DNA from: Calditrichia bacterium
GTDB taxonomy: Bacteria; Calditrichota; Calditrichia; RBG-13-44-9; J075
Assembly: GCA_050633245.1 (NCBI GenBank)
Contig: JBOEGD010000024.1
Coordinates: 64,001-128,000, forward strand
DNA: 64,000 bases
Reading direction: 5' to 3'
Shown: positions 18,790-29,431 of the stretch, piece after piece
Layout of the letters: every line of letters begins with the position of its first letter
Position numbering within the stretch: position 1 is the first letter of the stretch
The notes under the pieces: model-generated
Database searches by the model: none
The model's input: the letters and a program-made list of their open reading frames with translations, nothing else
Told to the model about the DNA's origin: nothing
Made by a program: the position numbers and the translations under genes

Positions 18790-21700
18790 TCAGCTAGGAT
18801 TCCCGTTGAATATTTCGCGGGAATTCTCGTTGCTGGCATCGAGAAGATAAACATACAGATCGTCACTTCCAGCTCCTGAAATGATGCCTTCTTCTTCCAT
18901 GTGAAGTAATACATTGTTGACATGCTTTTCCAGATTGCGCATCACCTTGTCGTCGGGATGAATATCCAGAAGAAGACAGACGCGTGCCGGAAGCTCATCT
19001 TTCGGGCAGGAGTGCTTGGGAGACTGGCTTAATGATCGCATAATAGCGGTCTGCAAATCTTCTGCGGAAAACTGGTGAAGTTCAGGCGCGCTGTCATCGT
19101 CCAGTGAGTGGCCGTTTCCGTTCAGGCCGTTGTATTCGCTTCCGTTTAGATAGTCTGCCGGGCTAAACGCGTTTTCGTCTCTGCGTGATATCTGAGGGTG
19201 GCTATCATCCTCTGCCAAAATATGCTGCAGTGGCTGAATGTTAAGCGCCTGCAATAGCAACCATAACGGATCGAGAGCCGACGCCCCTTTTTCAGCATAG
19301 ACATCTTCTTTTATCTGCCAGAAACTCCAGCCAAGACGCTCCAGGCGTCGCTGCTTGCCAATGTTCAGCTTGCGGGTGTCGGTACTTGCCTGGTCGTTGC
19401 TGAAGCATTCCAAAACAATACAGCCATTCGGTGACTCTATGACAATGTCGGCGAAATAATCACCGATAAAAACACCCGGTATCGCGCTATAGTCTCTCTC
19501 AGCGAGCTGATGAAATACTTCGATTTGCAGCCAACTGACGAATGGAGCTGGCAGGCTCGAGCGGGTTTGCAGGCTGATATTCGCTTTTGTTATCAGCTCG
19601 CCCATGTTTGTCGATGCGTGATCGGAAAAATGTTGACCGGGATTTTGCAGATAATGAATTAGCTGATAGCGTAGACAGTGTTTATCCAGATGTTCGATTC
19701 CCATACTATGAAAAATCCAGGCTTGTTCACGCCCGCTTATTAAAAGAGAGTTGAACGTCCGCTGGTACGCCTCGCCGGTTAAAGCCGGTTGAAGCTGATT
19801 TGTACCGGCAACCAGGCTGATGAAGACGACATCCCGTTCCTGACCTGCACAGTCTTCTACTGTCCCGCAAATTAATTCTCTTTCAGTGAAGATATCGATA
19901 CCGATTTCATCTAAAATGCGACTTTCAAGCTCCTGCGCTTGCGCACAGCTATCGAGTGCGATAACGCCAAAAGTTTTGCCCAAATAGGTCTCATCTTCCA
20001 GACATTCTTTGATTCTGGCGACAATGGCCTCGATTTCGGAGTCGTTTATGATGCCTGAATCCTGAACCTGTATTGAAGGCTTGTAGATCCGCTCGCTTTT
20101 CAGGGCCGGCAACAGAGTAAACGCATCAGGCTGACGAAGTGGAACCTGCGGTCTGCTTATATAAGATAGCTGGTTTGAAAAGTCTATGATTTCAGCATGA
20201 CAGCGAAAATGTTCTCGAAACTCAATTGGCTTATTTGCGAAACTATGTACCAAATCGTAGAAACTGTGCTCTTCACCTATCAGTTGCCCCGAAGGGAAGT
20301 CTTCTAAATGAATGTTGTGAAGCTGTTTGTCCAGACCCTCTTCAAGAACAGGGGTGTTCGCAGCGCTGATATGCCTGATGTCTCCAAACGTTACAAGCTT
20401 TTCGGCAAAATAGGCCAGCAGTAGTCCTTCCGGACCGGTAAGATTGGCCTCGTCAATTATCGCCACGTCAAAATAGTTTTGCTCAACAGGAAGCACTTCA
20501 GGAATTCTGTGCATCGGTAAAATCCATGCCGGAATAGCACTGGTAGTTACTTGAATGTTTTCGCGATAGGCCTTTCGGTGCAGGTGGCTGACATTCTCCG
20601 TTTGTTTTGCCATAAACTTGGCTGCTGCCGCCCATTCACGAATGCTTTGTTGCGTTGAGGCTGCCAGATTAGAAAAGCAGTGGAAAGATGCGCTCTTTGC
20701 GCTGATATGTGTTGCGTTTTCGGCAATCTCTCTCTGGACTTTCTCAAGCTGTACTTCAAGGTCACCGGTATTTACAGACAGATCGCTGGCCTTATACATG
20801 GTATTCAAGCGAGCCCATTCCCAAGCAGCAGTAAATCGCGATACACGCGAATCCCAATCGGAACTTTCATAGCTGACTAAAATGGACTGCAATAGTTTGG
20901 GACAATATTCAGACATTTTGTCGAGGATCTCGGTTCGGCGCTGTAGCTGTTGTTGAAGTTGCCATGCCCGTTCAAGTTTGCGCATTCTTCTTTCATACGC
21001 CATATGGTCACGGTTTTTTACGGCCGTAAGCATGCTCTTGATAATTGGATGAGCCTCGCTGTCCGGACGTAGATTCCAAAGAATGCGTCCAAGCATAACG
21101 AATGGTCGTTGCGCATTTTCTTCCAGGTTGATAGCGAGCAGTGAGGTTCGCAGGCTGTCGAGAGATTCAAAATCGTTCCAAACCGGCTCTTCAAAACCAT
21201 CAATTTGTACGGCGACGGTTCGAAAGGCATAAACAAAGCTATCGAGCTCCAGAGCACGGAGAAGTGTTTTAAAGAGATTCTCAAACTCGACAAATTGAAT
21301 TTGAATAGGTGCTTTATTAGGTAGTTCGGTATGCTCCTGCCACATCGTGGTGAGAATAGACAACCTGTCTGCGATGTCGAGATACACAATGAGGGGCTGC
21401 AACTGCTCCTCGTCGGTTACCGGAATCCCATCTATCAGCACATCACGCGTTATATAGGCTGTCTCTTTAATCAGCTTTGGGCGAAAAGGGCCGCTACCAA
21501 TCTTGCCACCTGTTTTTAGATACTCGTAGAGTTGAATGGCGTGAATTTTTGACTCACGCATTGTGTGTTCACCCAGGCCACTCACCCGAATGTCTGCTAC
21601 TGCAGGAATCCTGGTACGAATATAATCCAGCTGCTTGGTGGTCTCCTGGGCCAGGTTACGCCATTTATCAACGCCACCGTTCAAGATTTCAATAGCTGCC

Positions 21701-23664
21701 GTTTTAATCCATCCATATACGTGCTGGTTCAACAGCTGATAGGTATCCATGATTTTCGACAGCGCATCGAGCAGCTCATCGCGCATCTCGGTAGGAGACT
21801 TTGACAATATGGGATGATTGGTATTGTGCTTATTATTAAAGAATTCATCATTCTTATCGCGCGCCATGTCCTCAATTTCTTTGAAGCGCGTAAAATCTTC
21901 GGTTTTCATCAGCTGTGCAGGGTCGACGAGACGTCTGCCTAATAACGCTTCCTTCTCGGGGCTGATTTGCCTGAGCAACAGGACAAACTCAACTGCCTCT
22001 GTATTAGATAGCGGTGGCTCGACATCTTCATCCGGGACATCGGGAAACCAGTCGAAGTATTCGCTTTCTTCCTGTAGGCGCTTAATAATCTCTTGCGGTG
22101 TTCCTTCATAAGCTCCGCTATCGAGCGTGCCGTGAACCTTAGCGTTTTCCAATCCGCCTTCCATGGTCTCGATCAGCCGGTTTTGTTCTTCCAGGAGGTT
22201 TTTGTGTTGCTCTTCGAGCGCCTCAATTTCAGCCTTGTTATCTTCTGAACTCCATGCATCGTGCTGCTCAACAAAGTTTTGAATGACCTCTTCAAGCTCA
22301 TGCATGTGCGTCAACTTATCCTTTAGAAGAGGAGCTCTTAAGCTGCCGAATTCTTCTGGCAGGCGGGCAAGCAGGTCGCTTAGGTTGGCAGTGATTTTGG
22401 ATGTGACTAAAACGCGCTTGCCCTGTGCCAACAGATGACAGAGTAGATTTGCAATCGTTTGGGTTTTACCGGTCCCCGGAGGGGCATCTACAACAATATT
22501 TGACGAACGGTCGAGCTCTTTCACAACGCTGAGCTGATCCTGATTTGCAGCAAGCGGATAATAGACAATACGTCGTGCGCTTTCTGCCGATGTATTGTCT
22601 CCGACACCCTGAGCATTCTGTCCTTCAAGACCCAACATTAGATTCTCAATGCCCGGTGGTACCGATTCCGCGGTTTCCAGATCCTGTATGATCTGATTAA
22701 CCATGTGAATAGTTGCTTTCGATGGCAGTTTGCGACGAAGAATCAGGGCCGGGGCAAGTCGGATAACCGGCGCACTTCCCGGTTCTATCGCAGGATCGTT
22801 TTCTGCGATATATTCGCCGTTTCCACCAAGGATTGTAGCTAGTCTTTCCATTGAACTGTCCAGCGACCCCGGTTTCATGAGGTCTTCCAACAGTTTTAGC
22901 TCTTCACGGATATCTGAAAAATCCCACTGAACCGGATGATTCTCTAATACCGGCTCCAGGGTTATTTGCGGTCCGCCACCAGCCGGTCTTACCGAGAGAG
23001 TTTCGGTGCCTGCATCGTAATAAATACTCGCTCGTGCAGAAATCGCGTGATGTTTTACGAGCTGTCCGATGCCGCTATTCCAATAAAGAAAGCCAAATCC
23101 GATTACCGTCTCGTATAGACTATCCATACAGGACTGTCGCTGATACATTTGAAAGAGTTGTTTGAAGAGTTTGTCGCTGCTACGCTGAACGCGATCGCGT
23201 TTTGCCCAGGGCCACCACTCTTTCTCGACATAGGTTTCCCACATCGGCTGAATTTCAGAACGGACTGAATCCAGCTGCAACATGCTCGGCTCACTACCCT
23301 CTACAGGTGGGGCGTTTACGTCAAAAATTTGCTCCAGCAGTTCCGGATATTCACGCTTTGAATTTTTTTGCTGATCTGGGTCGAGCCAAACTGCCAGCTT
23401 GTCGGGGGCAGTAGGAGCATCTTCGAGAATAGAGCGCTTAAGCGTTATCCAATCTTCAGGTGCGTCTTGTTCTGAGGTATTAAACAGGCAAAATGCTTCT
23501 TCGCTGGTGGGAATATCTTTTAGCCAAAGGGAATCAATATACGAATCGATCGAGCGAATTTCACTGAGCTGTAGCTGGAGAAATTCGCGCAAGAAGGAAA
23601 AGAGTTGGAGCGAGCGGTCTCGGACATCACCGCCTGACGAATTATGATCTCTCTTTTCAAGCAC
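18790..23664 (-). CDS. large Upf1/DNA2-like SF1 helicase with C-terminal Vsr/REase-like and winged-helix-like domains; several catalytic motifs degenerate
   Basis: PLAANQDQ, APPGTGKTQT, FDVAIIDEA, EHFRCHAEII, ADIVIE..LEC, RRLERLGWSF. Confidence 0.85.
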   Translation of the reverse strand: MLEKRDHNSSGGDVRDRSLQLFSFLREFLQLQLSEIRSIDSYIDSLWLKDIPTSEEAFCLFNTSEQDAPEDWITLKRSILEDAPTAPDKLAVWLDPDQQKNSKREYPELLEQIFDVNAPPVEGSEPSMLQLDSVRSEIQPMWETYVEKEWWPWAKRDRVQRSSDKLFKQLFQMYQRQSCMDSLYETVIGFGFLYWNSGIGQLVKHHAISARASIYYDAGTETLSVRPAGGGPQITLEPVLENHPVQWDFSDIREELKLLEDLMKPGSLDSSMERLATILGGNGEYIAENDPAIEPGSAPVIRLAPALILRRKLPSKATIHMVNQIIQDLETAESVPPGIENLMLGLEGQNAQGVGDNTSAESARRIVYYPLAANQDQLSVVKELDRSSNIVVDAPPGTGKTQTIANLLCHLLAQGKRVLVTSKITANLSDLLARLPEEFGSLRAPLLKDKLTHMHELEEVIQNFVEQHDAWSSEDNKAEIEALEEQHKNLLEEQNRLIETMEGGLENAKVHGTLDSGAYEGTPQEIIKRLQEESEYFDWFPDVPDEDVEPPLSNTEAVEFVLLLRQISPEKEALLGRRLVDPAQLMKTEDFTRFKEIEDMARDKNDEFFNNKHNTNHPILSKSPTEMRDELLDALSKIMDTYQLLNQHVYGWIKTAAIEILNGGVDKWRNLAQETTKQLDYIRTRIPAVADIRVSGLGEHTMRESKIHAIQLYEYLKTGGKIGSGPFRPKLIKETAYITRDVLIDGIPVTDEEQLQPLIVYLDIADRLSILTTMWQEHTELPNKAPIQIQFVEFENLFKTLLRALELDSFVYAFRTVAVQIDGFEEPVWNDFESLDSLRTSLLAINLEENAQRPFVMLGRILWNLRPDSEAHPIIKSMLTAVKNRDHMAYERRMRKLERAWQLQQQLQRRTEILDKMSEYCPKLLQSILVSYESSDWDSRVSRFTAAWEWARLNTMYKASDLSVNTGDLEVQLEKVQREIAENATHISAKSASFHCFSNLAASTQQSIREWAAAAKFMAKQTENVSHLHRKAYRENIQVTTSAIPAWILPMHRIPEVLPVEQNYFDVAIIDEANLTGPEGLLLAYFAEKLVTFGDIRHISAANTPVLEEGLDKQLHNIHLEDFPSGQLIGEEHSFYDLVHSFANKPIEFREHFRCHAEIIDFSNQLSYISRPQVPLRQPDAFTLLPALKSERIYKPSIQVQDSGIINDSEIEAIVARIKECLEDETYLGKTFGVIALDSCAQAQELESRILDEIGIDIFTERELICGTVEDCAGQERDVVFISLVAGTNQLQPALTGEAYQRTFNSLLISGREQAWIFHSMGIEHLDKHCLRYQLIHYLQNPGQHFSDHASTNMGELITKANISLQTRSSLPAPFVSWLQIEVFHQLAERDYSAIPGVFIGDYFADIVIESPNGCIVLECFSNDQASTDTRKLNIGKQRRLERLGWSFWQIKEDVYAEKGASALDPLWLLLQALNIQPLQHILAEDDSHPQISRRDENAFSPADYLNGSEYNGLNGNGHSLDDDSAPELHQFSAEDLQTAIMRSLSQSPKHSCPKDELPARVCLLLDIHPDDKVMRNLEKHVNNVLLHMEEEGIISGAGSDDLYVYLLDASNENSREIFNGNPS

Positions 23665-23877
23665 CTGCTTGACCTCTGATGTATTCGATCGATACTACTG
23701 AACGTTTATTAATTCTAAACAGTGTTCACAAGAAAATATAGCCGGTTATATTAAAAGCAATGTTTATTCAGTCACAATTCCGGGTTCTGTTTTCTTGATT
23801 ATATGGCCTGTTTACGCGCTTCTTCGGCATTTTAGCGCGATTGGATTTGATTTTCGGCAAGAAGGAGTTTTTCTCAA

Positions 23878-23976
23878 TTGAGTAGGGTCGCGCGAGCCAA
23901 AAAGGCCTGCTACTCGAAGGAAGGTAGACATCCCTGCCGGAAGGGCGGCTCACTAATCACTGTGGGCCACGGGTTA
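23878..23976. other. GC-rich structured intergenic element (candidate ncRNA or cis-element)
   Basis: Complementary pairs GAGTAG/CTACTC, GAGCC/GGCTC, CCCT/AGGG and CTAC/GTAG within AT-rich flanks. Confidence 0.3.
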
Positions 23977-24002
23977 TAAAAGAACAAGCTTTTTTACAGT
24001 GT

Positions 24003-24380
24003 TTACGCGAAGAATTTACTACGCGAACGCTGATCGAGTATGACGTCCTTAACATGCTGTGGCGTTGGAATACCGGTTGCAACATATTCTATCCCTGCCG
24101 TCCCGGCAGAAGAAATCATCAAATCACCATACTTACATAATCGTTGCATCATTGACTGGCGAATATCAATGCTGCGAATATCCTGAATAAAAATGATTCT
24201 TACATCCGTTGTTAATATGCCACGTTCTAATACTACGCGGTCATTATATATCTCTACGCGTTGCGAAACTTTCTGCCAATAAGCAACTGCCAATGGAATA
24301 AGCAACCAGGAAAATAACATATAGCCGCTGTAGTTCCACCAGGATCGTTTAATGCTGAGTACTGGTTTTTCTCTTTCCAC
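24003..24380 (-). CDS. bacterial PH-domain (bPH_2) membrane protein
   Basis: TM helix then ERGIL..DIRSIDIRQSMMQRLCKYGDLMISSAG. Confidence 0.8.
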   Translation of the reverse strand: MEREKPVLSIKRSWWNYSGYMLFSWLLIPLAVAYWQKVSQRVEIYNDRVVLERGILTTDVRIIFIQDIRSIDIRQSMMQRLCKYGDLMISSAGTAGIEYVATGIPTPQHVKDVILDQRSRSKFFA

Positions 24381-24448
24381 CTGATTAAAGCCTCCGATTG
24401 TCTTGGAAAGCTAAAAGATAATCAATAAAGCAGAGTAATGAAAAACTA

Positions 24449-25471
24449 TCAGCTTTTCCCGGCCATTTTTTTTGCAATATCCTGTAGCGTTACGTCAAGC
24501 TCCTCTTTAATCGTGCTGCCTGCCGCAGTCGCGGTACGAATAAAGGTGAGTGCTGTGAGAGAATCCAACCCTGCAACCTGAGTTGCGTACAGACTGAATT
24601 TTTTATAGACACTGTCTTGTTTTTTCTTCTCTGAGTAAACGCGATTATATTCTCTTAATCTCTGTCCTAACAGCCCTTCAAAATGTCCATCGGGATGAGC
24701 CTGTTTATGTTTGCTAAATAGCTTTAGCTCGGCATTTAAGGCCATACCTGAAGCCTTCAGATATAGATCTTCAGGGCGTTTGGTAAGCGGTTCTTTGCTA
24801 AAACTGGTTTCCAACAAATGACAGGAAAGGAACAGGCATTCAGCCCACCAGGCCGCAAATGTTTTATCTATTTTGGGATTCTGTCCAAGAGAATAAGCCG
24901 CGAGTTTAAACACCCGAGTGATAAGAGACGATGTGTTGTTATCGGCAATAGATTTAAGTTGTTTTCCCAGCATGCGGGTCAGCTGCTCTTCGCTAAGCAC
25001 AAGCGTGCCATTTGCGGAAAGCTTTTTTTCAAGCGAATTAATGCGCCGTGCAATGCCTTCTGGAAAATGATCTTTTTGCCAGCCATGTTCGTAGGTCTTT
25101 AACTTGCGGTAGCAATCAAGTGCATTTCGATAGTCTTTTATGGCCTCATAAGCGCGTCCCTTCCCGCTAAACAGCCAAATGTAAAAAGGAATAGACTCGT
25201 CGTTTGAGTTGGGAAGATTTTTCAGGAGAAATTTTTCGGCCAAGGTATAGGCTTCAATGGCTTCTTTGTATTGGCTCGATCTACGATAAATGTCGCCTGT
25301 ATGGAGTGCTGAGGGGAAATGTTGAGGCATGGATTCGAGAATCTCGCCAAAAAGCGCCATCGCTTTCTGATGATCTCCCAATTTTTCAAAGGCTACGCCC
25401 CGAAGATAAATTTCGTAAAAAGCGTCCGTCTCTGCCGGGTGGGATTCCCTGGCATGTTCAAAGACATTCAT
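24449..25471 (-). CDS. TPR-repeat protein
   Basis: YLRGVAFEKLGDHQKAMALF, GDIYRRSSQYKEAIEAY, GRAYEAIKDYRNALDCY. Confidence 0.75.
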   Translation of the reverse strand: MNVFEHARESHPAETDAFYEIYLRGVAFEKLGDHQKAMALFGEILESMPQHFPSALHTGDIYRRSSQYKEAIEAYTLAEKFLLKNLPNSNDESIPFYIWLFSGKGRAYEAIKDYRNALDCYRKLKTYEHGWQKDHFPEGIARRINSLEKKLSANGTLVLSEEQLTRMLGKQLKSIADNNTSSLITRVFKLAAYSLGQNPKIDKTFAAWWAECLFLSCHLLETSFSKEPLTKRPEDLYLKASGMALNAELKLFSKHKQAHPDGHFEGLLGQRLREYNRVYSEKKKQDSVYKKFSLYATQVAGLDSLTALTFIRTATAAGSTIKEELDVTLQDIAKKMAGKS

Positions 25472-26005
25472 CGGCTATACCCCTGGCAATTGATTCCATC
25501 AATGACCAGTTTTGAAGTTAATGATCTATTCGAGAACCTTCTGAAGCCGGAATAAAGCTGATCCGTTTATCAGGAACGTCTCGAAGTACCGTCTAATGCA
25601 CACATCTTCCCTAATTTATCCCATTCCCATCCACGCTAAAACTTATCCTGTTTGCATAGAGGATTTTGTGTTTTGCACAGGAAATTTTAAAATAACATTT
25701 TTTATGAACTCACAGCTTTTTTAGAGGTAAGTTGTATTAAAACAGGTGATTGTGGTCATTCTTTGCAGCTTGTTGTTCGATAGTCTGATGAAATAGTGCG
25801 TGCCAAATTAAAATGACCTGGAAAATGAGTGCTAAAATACATTTGGTTTAGCAGAAGGCGGTCGATATATTTTTCAAGGGATGTTTTGAGAAAAAAGTAA
25901 CAAGGATGAAAACCTTTTGCCAGGAACGCGTATACCTATTCAGCAGGTAATAAAGCCTGATAATTCTGAATGCGAATACCGGCAAAGTTGCCGAATGTGG
26001 ATATA

Positions 26006-26887
26006 ATGACATATAGTTTTATTCATGAAATAGAGAAACAGCTGCCAGGTTCGCTGCTGGTTCGCCGAAAAAATGAAGCTCATCAATCAACAATCACCGT
26101 TGGTGATGCCGTGTTTGGTGGCGCAAGCCCCGTTATTATTGCCGGGCCCTGCTCTGTAGAAAATGAATCTCAAATGATGCAGGCAGCCGAGTTCGTGTGC
26201 AAACATGGCGGGCAGTTGCTTCGTGGTGGCGCTTACAAACCCCGAACAAGTCCCTATGATTTTCAGGGACTGGGTGAAGAAGGACTTGCATTATTGCAGC
26301 AAGCCGGGAAAACCTTTGATTTGCCGGTTGTCAGCGAGGTGTTGACTGCCGGGAATGTTGGACTTGTTAGTCAATACGTCGATGTGTTACAGATTGGCAG
26401 CCGCAACATGCAAAATACAGAGCTATTAAAAGAAGTGGGAAAACAGGATAAACCGATTTTGCTAAAGCGCGGTATGTCTGCAACGCTGAAAGAATTTTTG
26501 TTGGCCGCAGAGTATATTCTTAGTGGCGGTAATGAAAAGGTAATTTTGTGTGAACGTGGTATTCGCACCTTCGATACCTATTCGCGGAATTCACTGGATA
26601 TTAATGTTGTGCCCGCGATAAAATTGCTTTCGCATCTCCCCATAATTGTCGATCCCAGTCATGCAACTGGTCATCGAGAGTTAGTAGAGCCGTTGGCTCT
26701 TGCCGGTTTGGCAGCAGGCGCTCATGGCATTATGGTAGAAGTGCACCCTCAACCAGACGACTCGGTGTCGGATGCTGCTCAGACGATCGGTGAAAAGCAG
26801 TTTGGCAATCTGATGCAAAAAGTAACGCATTACAGCAAGTGGTTAAAGACCTATGAAAACTCTGTACACTCACCTCAAGACAAGTAA
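26006..26887 (+). CDS. aroF: DAHP synthase, type I-beta, without an obvious N-terminal regulatory domain
   Basis: IIAGPCSVE, RGGAYKPRTSPYDFQG, QIGSRNMQN, CERGIR, DPSH. Confidence 0.93.
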   Translation: MTYSFIHEIEKQLPGSLLVRRKNEAHQSTITVGDAVFGGASPVIIAGPCSVENESQMMQAAEFVCKHGGQLLRGGAYKPRTSPYDFQGLGEEGLALLQQAGKTFDLPVVSEVLTAGNVGLVSQYVDVLQIGSRNMQNTELLKEVGKQDKPILLKRGMSATLKEFLLAAEYILSGGNEKVILCERGIRTFDTYSRNSLDINVVPAIKLLSHLPIIVDPSHATGHRELVEPLALAGLAAGAHGIMVEVHPQPDDSVSDAAQTIGEKQFGNLMQKVTHYSKWLKTYENSVHSPQDK

Positions 26888-27938
26888 CGTCTCCATTCCC
26901 TGTCATATTGGATTAGGGCTTTGGCGACAACTCGATGAGTATCTTCTCGCTAACTTTTCCGGTCATCAAATTTTTGTGATTGCAGATAGCAACCTTGTTC
27001 GCTTATATTCCGCGTCTACACGCGCTCTTAAATCCGAGTGTCAATGGTTAGAGTTTCCGGCTGGCGAAGCAGCGAAGTGCCGTGAGCAAAAGGCAGAATT
27101 GGAAAACGAGCTGCTAAAACGCAATGCCGGTCGCGACTCTGTTATTGTTGCGCTGGGTGGTGGAGTAACTGGTGATTTGGCCGGATATATAGCTGCAACG
27201 CTCCATCGCGGTATTCCGTTAATCCAAATGCCATCCAGCCTGCTGGCTCAGGTCGATAGCAGCATTGGCGGCAAGGTGGGCATTAACCATCCGCAGGGCA
27301 AAAACCTGTTAGGTGCTTTTAACCATCCTGCCGCAATCTTCAGCGATATATCGCTGTTGCGCAGCCTGCCTGATGAAGAGCTGTTTAATGGTATGGCAGA
27401 AGTCATAAAATATGCAGTTATTCTTGATGATGGCTTGTGGGAGTTACTGGAGGAAGAGTCTGAGGCGATTTGTCGACGTGATAGCAATATTCTTGAAAAA
27501 GTGATAACGCGCTGTGCAAAGCTTAAGATCGAAATCGTGGAGGCAGACGAGCGAGAGGCGGGGCATCGAAGCCTGCTGAATTGGGGACACACGGTTGGCC
27601 ATGCAATTGAAAAGCTAAGCGAATACAAAATAAAACACGGCTTTGCTATTGCTGCCGGAATGTTAGTTGCTGCCGCTCTCTCTCATACCCGGTTAGGCTA
27701 CCCGGAACGGCGTGTTGAAAGACTCGTAAAACTTTTGAAAACATATCACCTAACGACTGTAGATATAGAAGCATTTTCTCTTGAAGCAATTTGGAACGCA
27801 ATCAGAAGTGATAAAAAAGCAAGGCAGCAGCAGCCCCGTTTTACGCTGATGGCCTCACCCGGGAAACCGGAGTTATTCTACCCAATCGAAAGACAGGAAC
27901 TTGAGCATGCCCTCAAAGCAGCCCGCAATATGTGTTAG
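26853..27938 (+). CDS. aroB: 3-dehydroquinate synthase
   Basis: ALGGGVTGDLAG, LLAQVDSSIGGKVGIN, LNWGHTVGHAIE. Confidence 0.96.
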   Translation: MKTLYTHLKTSNVSIPCHIGLGLWRQLDEYLLANFSGHQIFVIADSNLVRLYSASTRALKSECQWLEFPAGEAAKCREQKAELENELLKRNAGRDSVIVALGGGVTGDLAGYIAATLHRGIPLIQMPSSLLAQVDSSIGGKVGINHPQGKNLLGAFNHPAAIFSDISLLRSLPDEELFNGMAEVIKYAVILDDGLWELLEEESEAICRRDSNILEKVITRCAKLKIEIVEADEREAGHRSLLNWGHTVGHAIEKLSEYKIKHGFAIAAGMLVAAALSHTRLGYPERRVERLVKLLKTYHLTTVDIEAFSLEAIWNAIRSDKKARQQQPRFTLMASPGKPELFYPIERQELEHALKAARNMC

Positions 27939-29394
27939 TGTACTTCCCTCAAATTTGACCGATCTTCGTGAAAAACTTGCTTCTTGTCAGGATGCCGACA
28001 TGGTTGAAATTCGACTGGATAAGTCGAAGAGACTCGATCTGGAAAAGATTGAGTTTGATAAACCAGTAATTGCAACCCTTCGCAGCAAGGCTGAGGGAGG
28101 GTTTTGGCAAGGAACGAGCGCAAAGTATACCGCTGTTGCTCAGGCTGCAATTAATGCCGGAGCAGCGTATGTTGATATCGAATACCAGATGGCTGCAGAG
28201 GTTTTACCGGAATTGAAGCGCAAAAAATGCGGTATTGTGCTTTCCTGTCATACGTCAGAAAATTCTCCTGAAGCGCTGGAGCAGTTACTTCGCAATATGA
28301 GTGAGGTGAAAGCTGACGTTTATAAGCTGATTTTTACAGCAGAATCCGAGCAGGATAATTTAACAGTGCTGGAACTGATAAAATTCGCTCGTCAGTTGAA
28401 CATCAACTATGTTATTCACGCGATGGGAGAGGCCGGACGATTATCACGCTTACTCGGTGCTGCCCGCGGAAATGCCTGGACATACACCGCACGGGAATTT
28501 ACAGAAGAAACCGCACCCGGACAGTTAAGCGCTTTTGAATCTAAAAACCACTTCTTTCTTGATGAAAAAAGTGCAGACACCAATATTCTTGGTCTGCTCG
28601 GCTACCCGCTTGTTCAGAGTAAGGGCTGGCGCTTACACAACTTGCTCATTCATAAGCATCTGGGCGAAACAACAACAGAGAAAGCGGACTCCTATCTTTA
28701 CGTGAACTTTCCGGCAGAAGATGGCAAAGAATTTTGGGACTCCTGGTCACCTCATCTGCATGGGTTGAGCGTTACCATTCCTCATAAAGAAACAATAATC
28801 CCTTTCTTAGACGAAGCCTCGAATGAAGTAAAAATCTCGGGTGTTTGCAATACGGTCGTTCGAACCGCAAATGGTTGGACCGGTCATAACACTGATTTTA
28901 TTGCGATTGAAGCATTGCTAAGACCCTATCGCGAAGTACTGGGTGACGGGGGCGTAATTATCGGAACCGGAGCGACGGCTCGAAGTGCCATTGCTGCGCT
29001 AAAGCGTTTGAATGTTAACCCTGTTTTTGTCGTAGGGCGCAATCATGAGCGCGGAAAAATGCTTGTTGAAACAATGGGCATCGATTTTCTGAAAGAAGAC
29101 GAGATTCATTATGCCAATACCTCATGTGTTATTCAGACAACGCCGGTCGGTATGTTTCCATATGTCGATAAGTACCCTGTGGGCACGTCGCTTTTTCGCA
29201 AGGGACGAGTTGTTTTAGATGTTGTTTACAACCCGGTCGAAACGAAGTATTTGAAGATCGCAAAAGATCGCGGCTGTACAACCATCTCAGGTGCGGAAAT
29301 GTTTGTTCTGCAGGCAGCCAGGCAGTTTGAACTATTTACCGGGCAGCCTATCAGCACTGAAGATGTTGAGAAGGTTTGGCAGGAAATTACTTAA
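27907..29394 (+). CDS. aroE: fused type I 3-dehydroquinate dehydratase / shikimate dehydrogenase (AroD-AroE)
   Basis: N-half VEIRLD, SCH, DVYKL, AMGEAGRLSR, APGQ; C-half SVTIPHK, VCNT, HNTD, DVVYNP. Confidence 0.92.
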   Translation: MPSKQPAICVSVLPSNLTDLREKLASCQDADMVEIRLDKSKRLDLEKIEFDKPVIATLRSKAEGGFWQGTSAKYTAVAQAAINAGAAYVDIEYQMAAEVLPELKRKKCGIVLSCHTSENSPEALEQLLRNMSEVKADVYKLIFTAESEQDNLTVLELIKFARQLNINYVIHAMGEAGRLSRLLGAARGNAWTYTAREFTEETAPGQLSAFESKNHFFLDEKSADTNILGLLGYPLVQSKGWRLHNLLIHKHLGETTTEKADSYLYVNFPAEDGKEFWDSWSPHLHGLSVTIPHKETIIPFLDEASNEVKISGVCNTVVRTANGWTGHNTDFIAIEALLRPYREVLGDGGVIIGTGATARSAIAALKRLNVNPVFVVGRNHERGKMLVETMGIDFLKEDEIHYANTSCVIQTTPVGMFPYVDKYPVGTSLFRKGRVVLDVVYNPVETKYLKIAKDRGCTTISGAEMFVLQAARQFELFTGQPISTEDVEKVWQEIT

Positions 29395-29431
29395 ACCATT
29401 CTATATTCACGTCTCTATACGAGTATCAGAC

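Noticed and set aside
23875-23955. Group II intron 3' end (minus strand GAGCCG...CCTACTCAAT) or SRP RNA (CCGGAAGG)
   Set aside because: The domain V-like stem is too long with no separate domain VI and no intron RT; the SRP CAGG/AGCA internal-loop motif is absent
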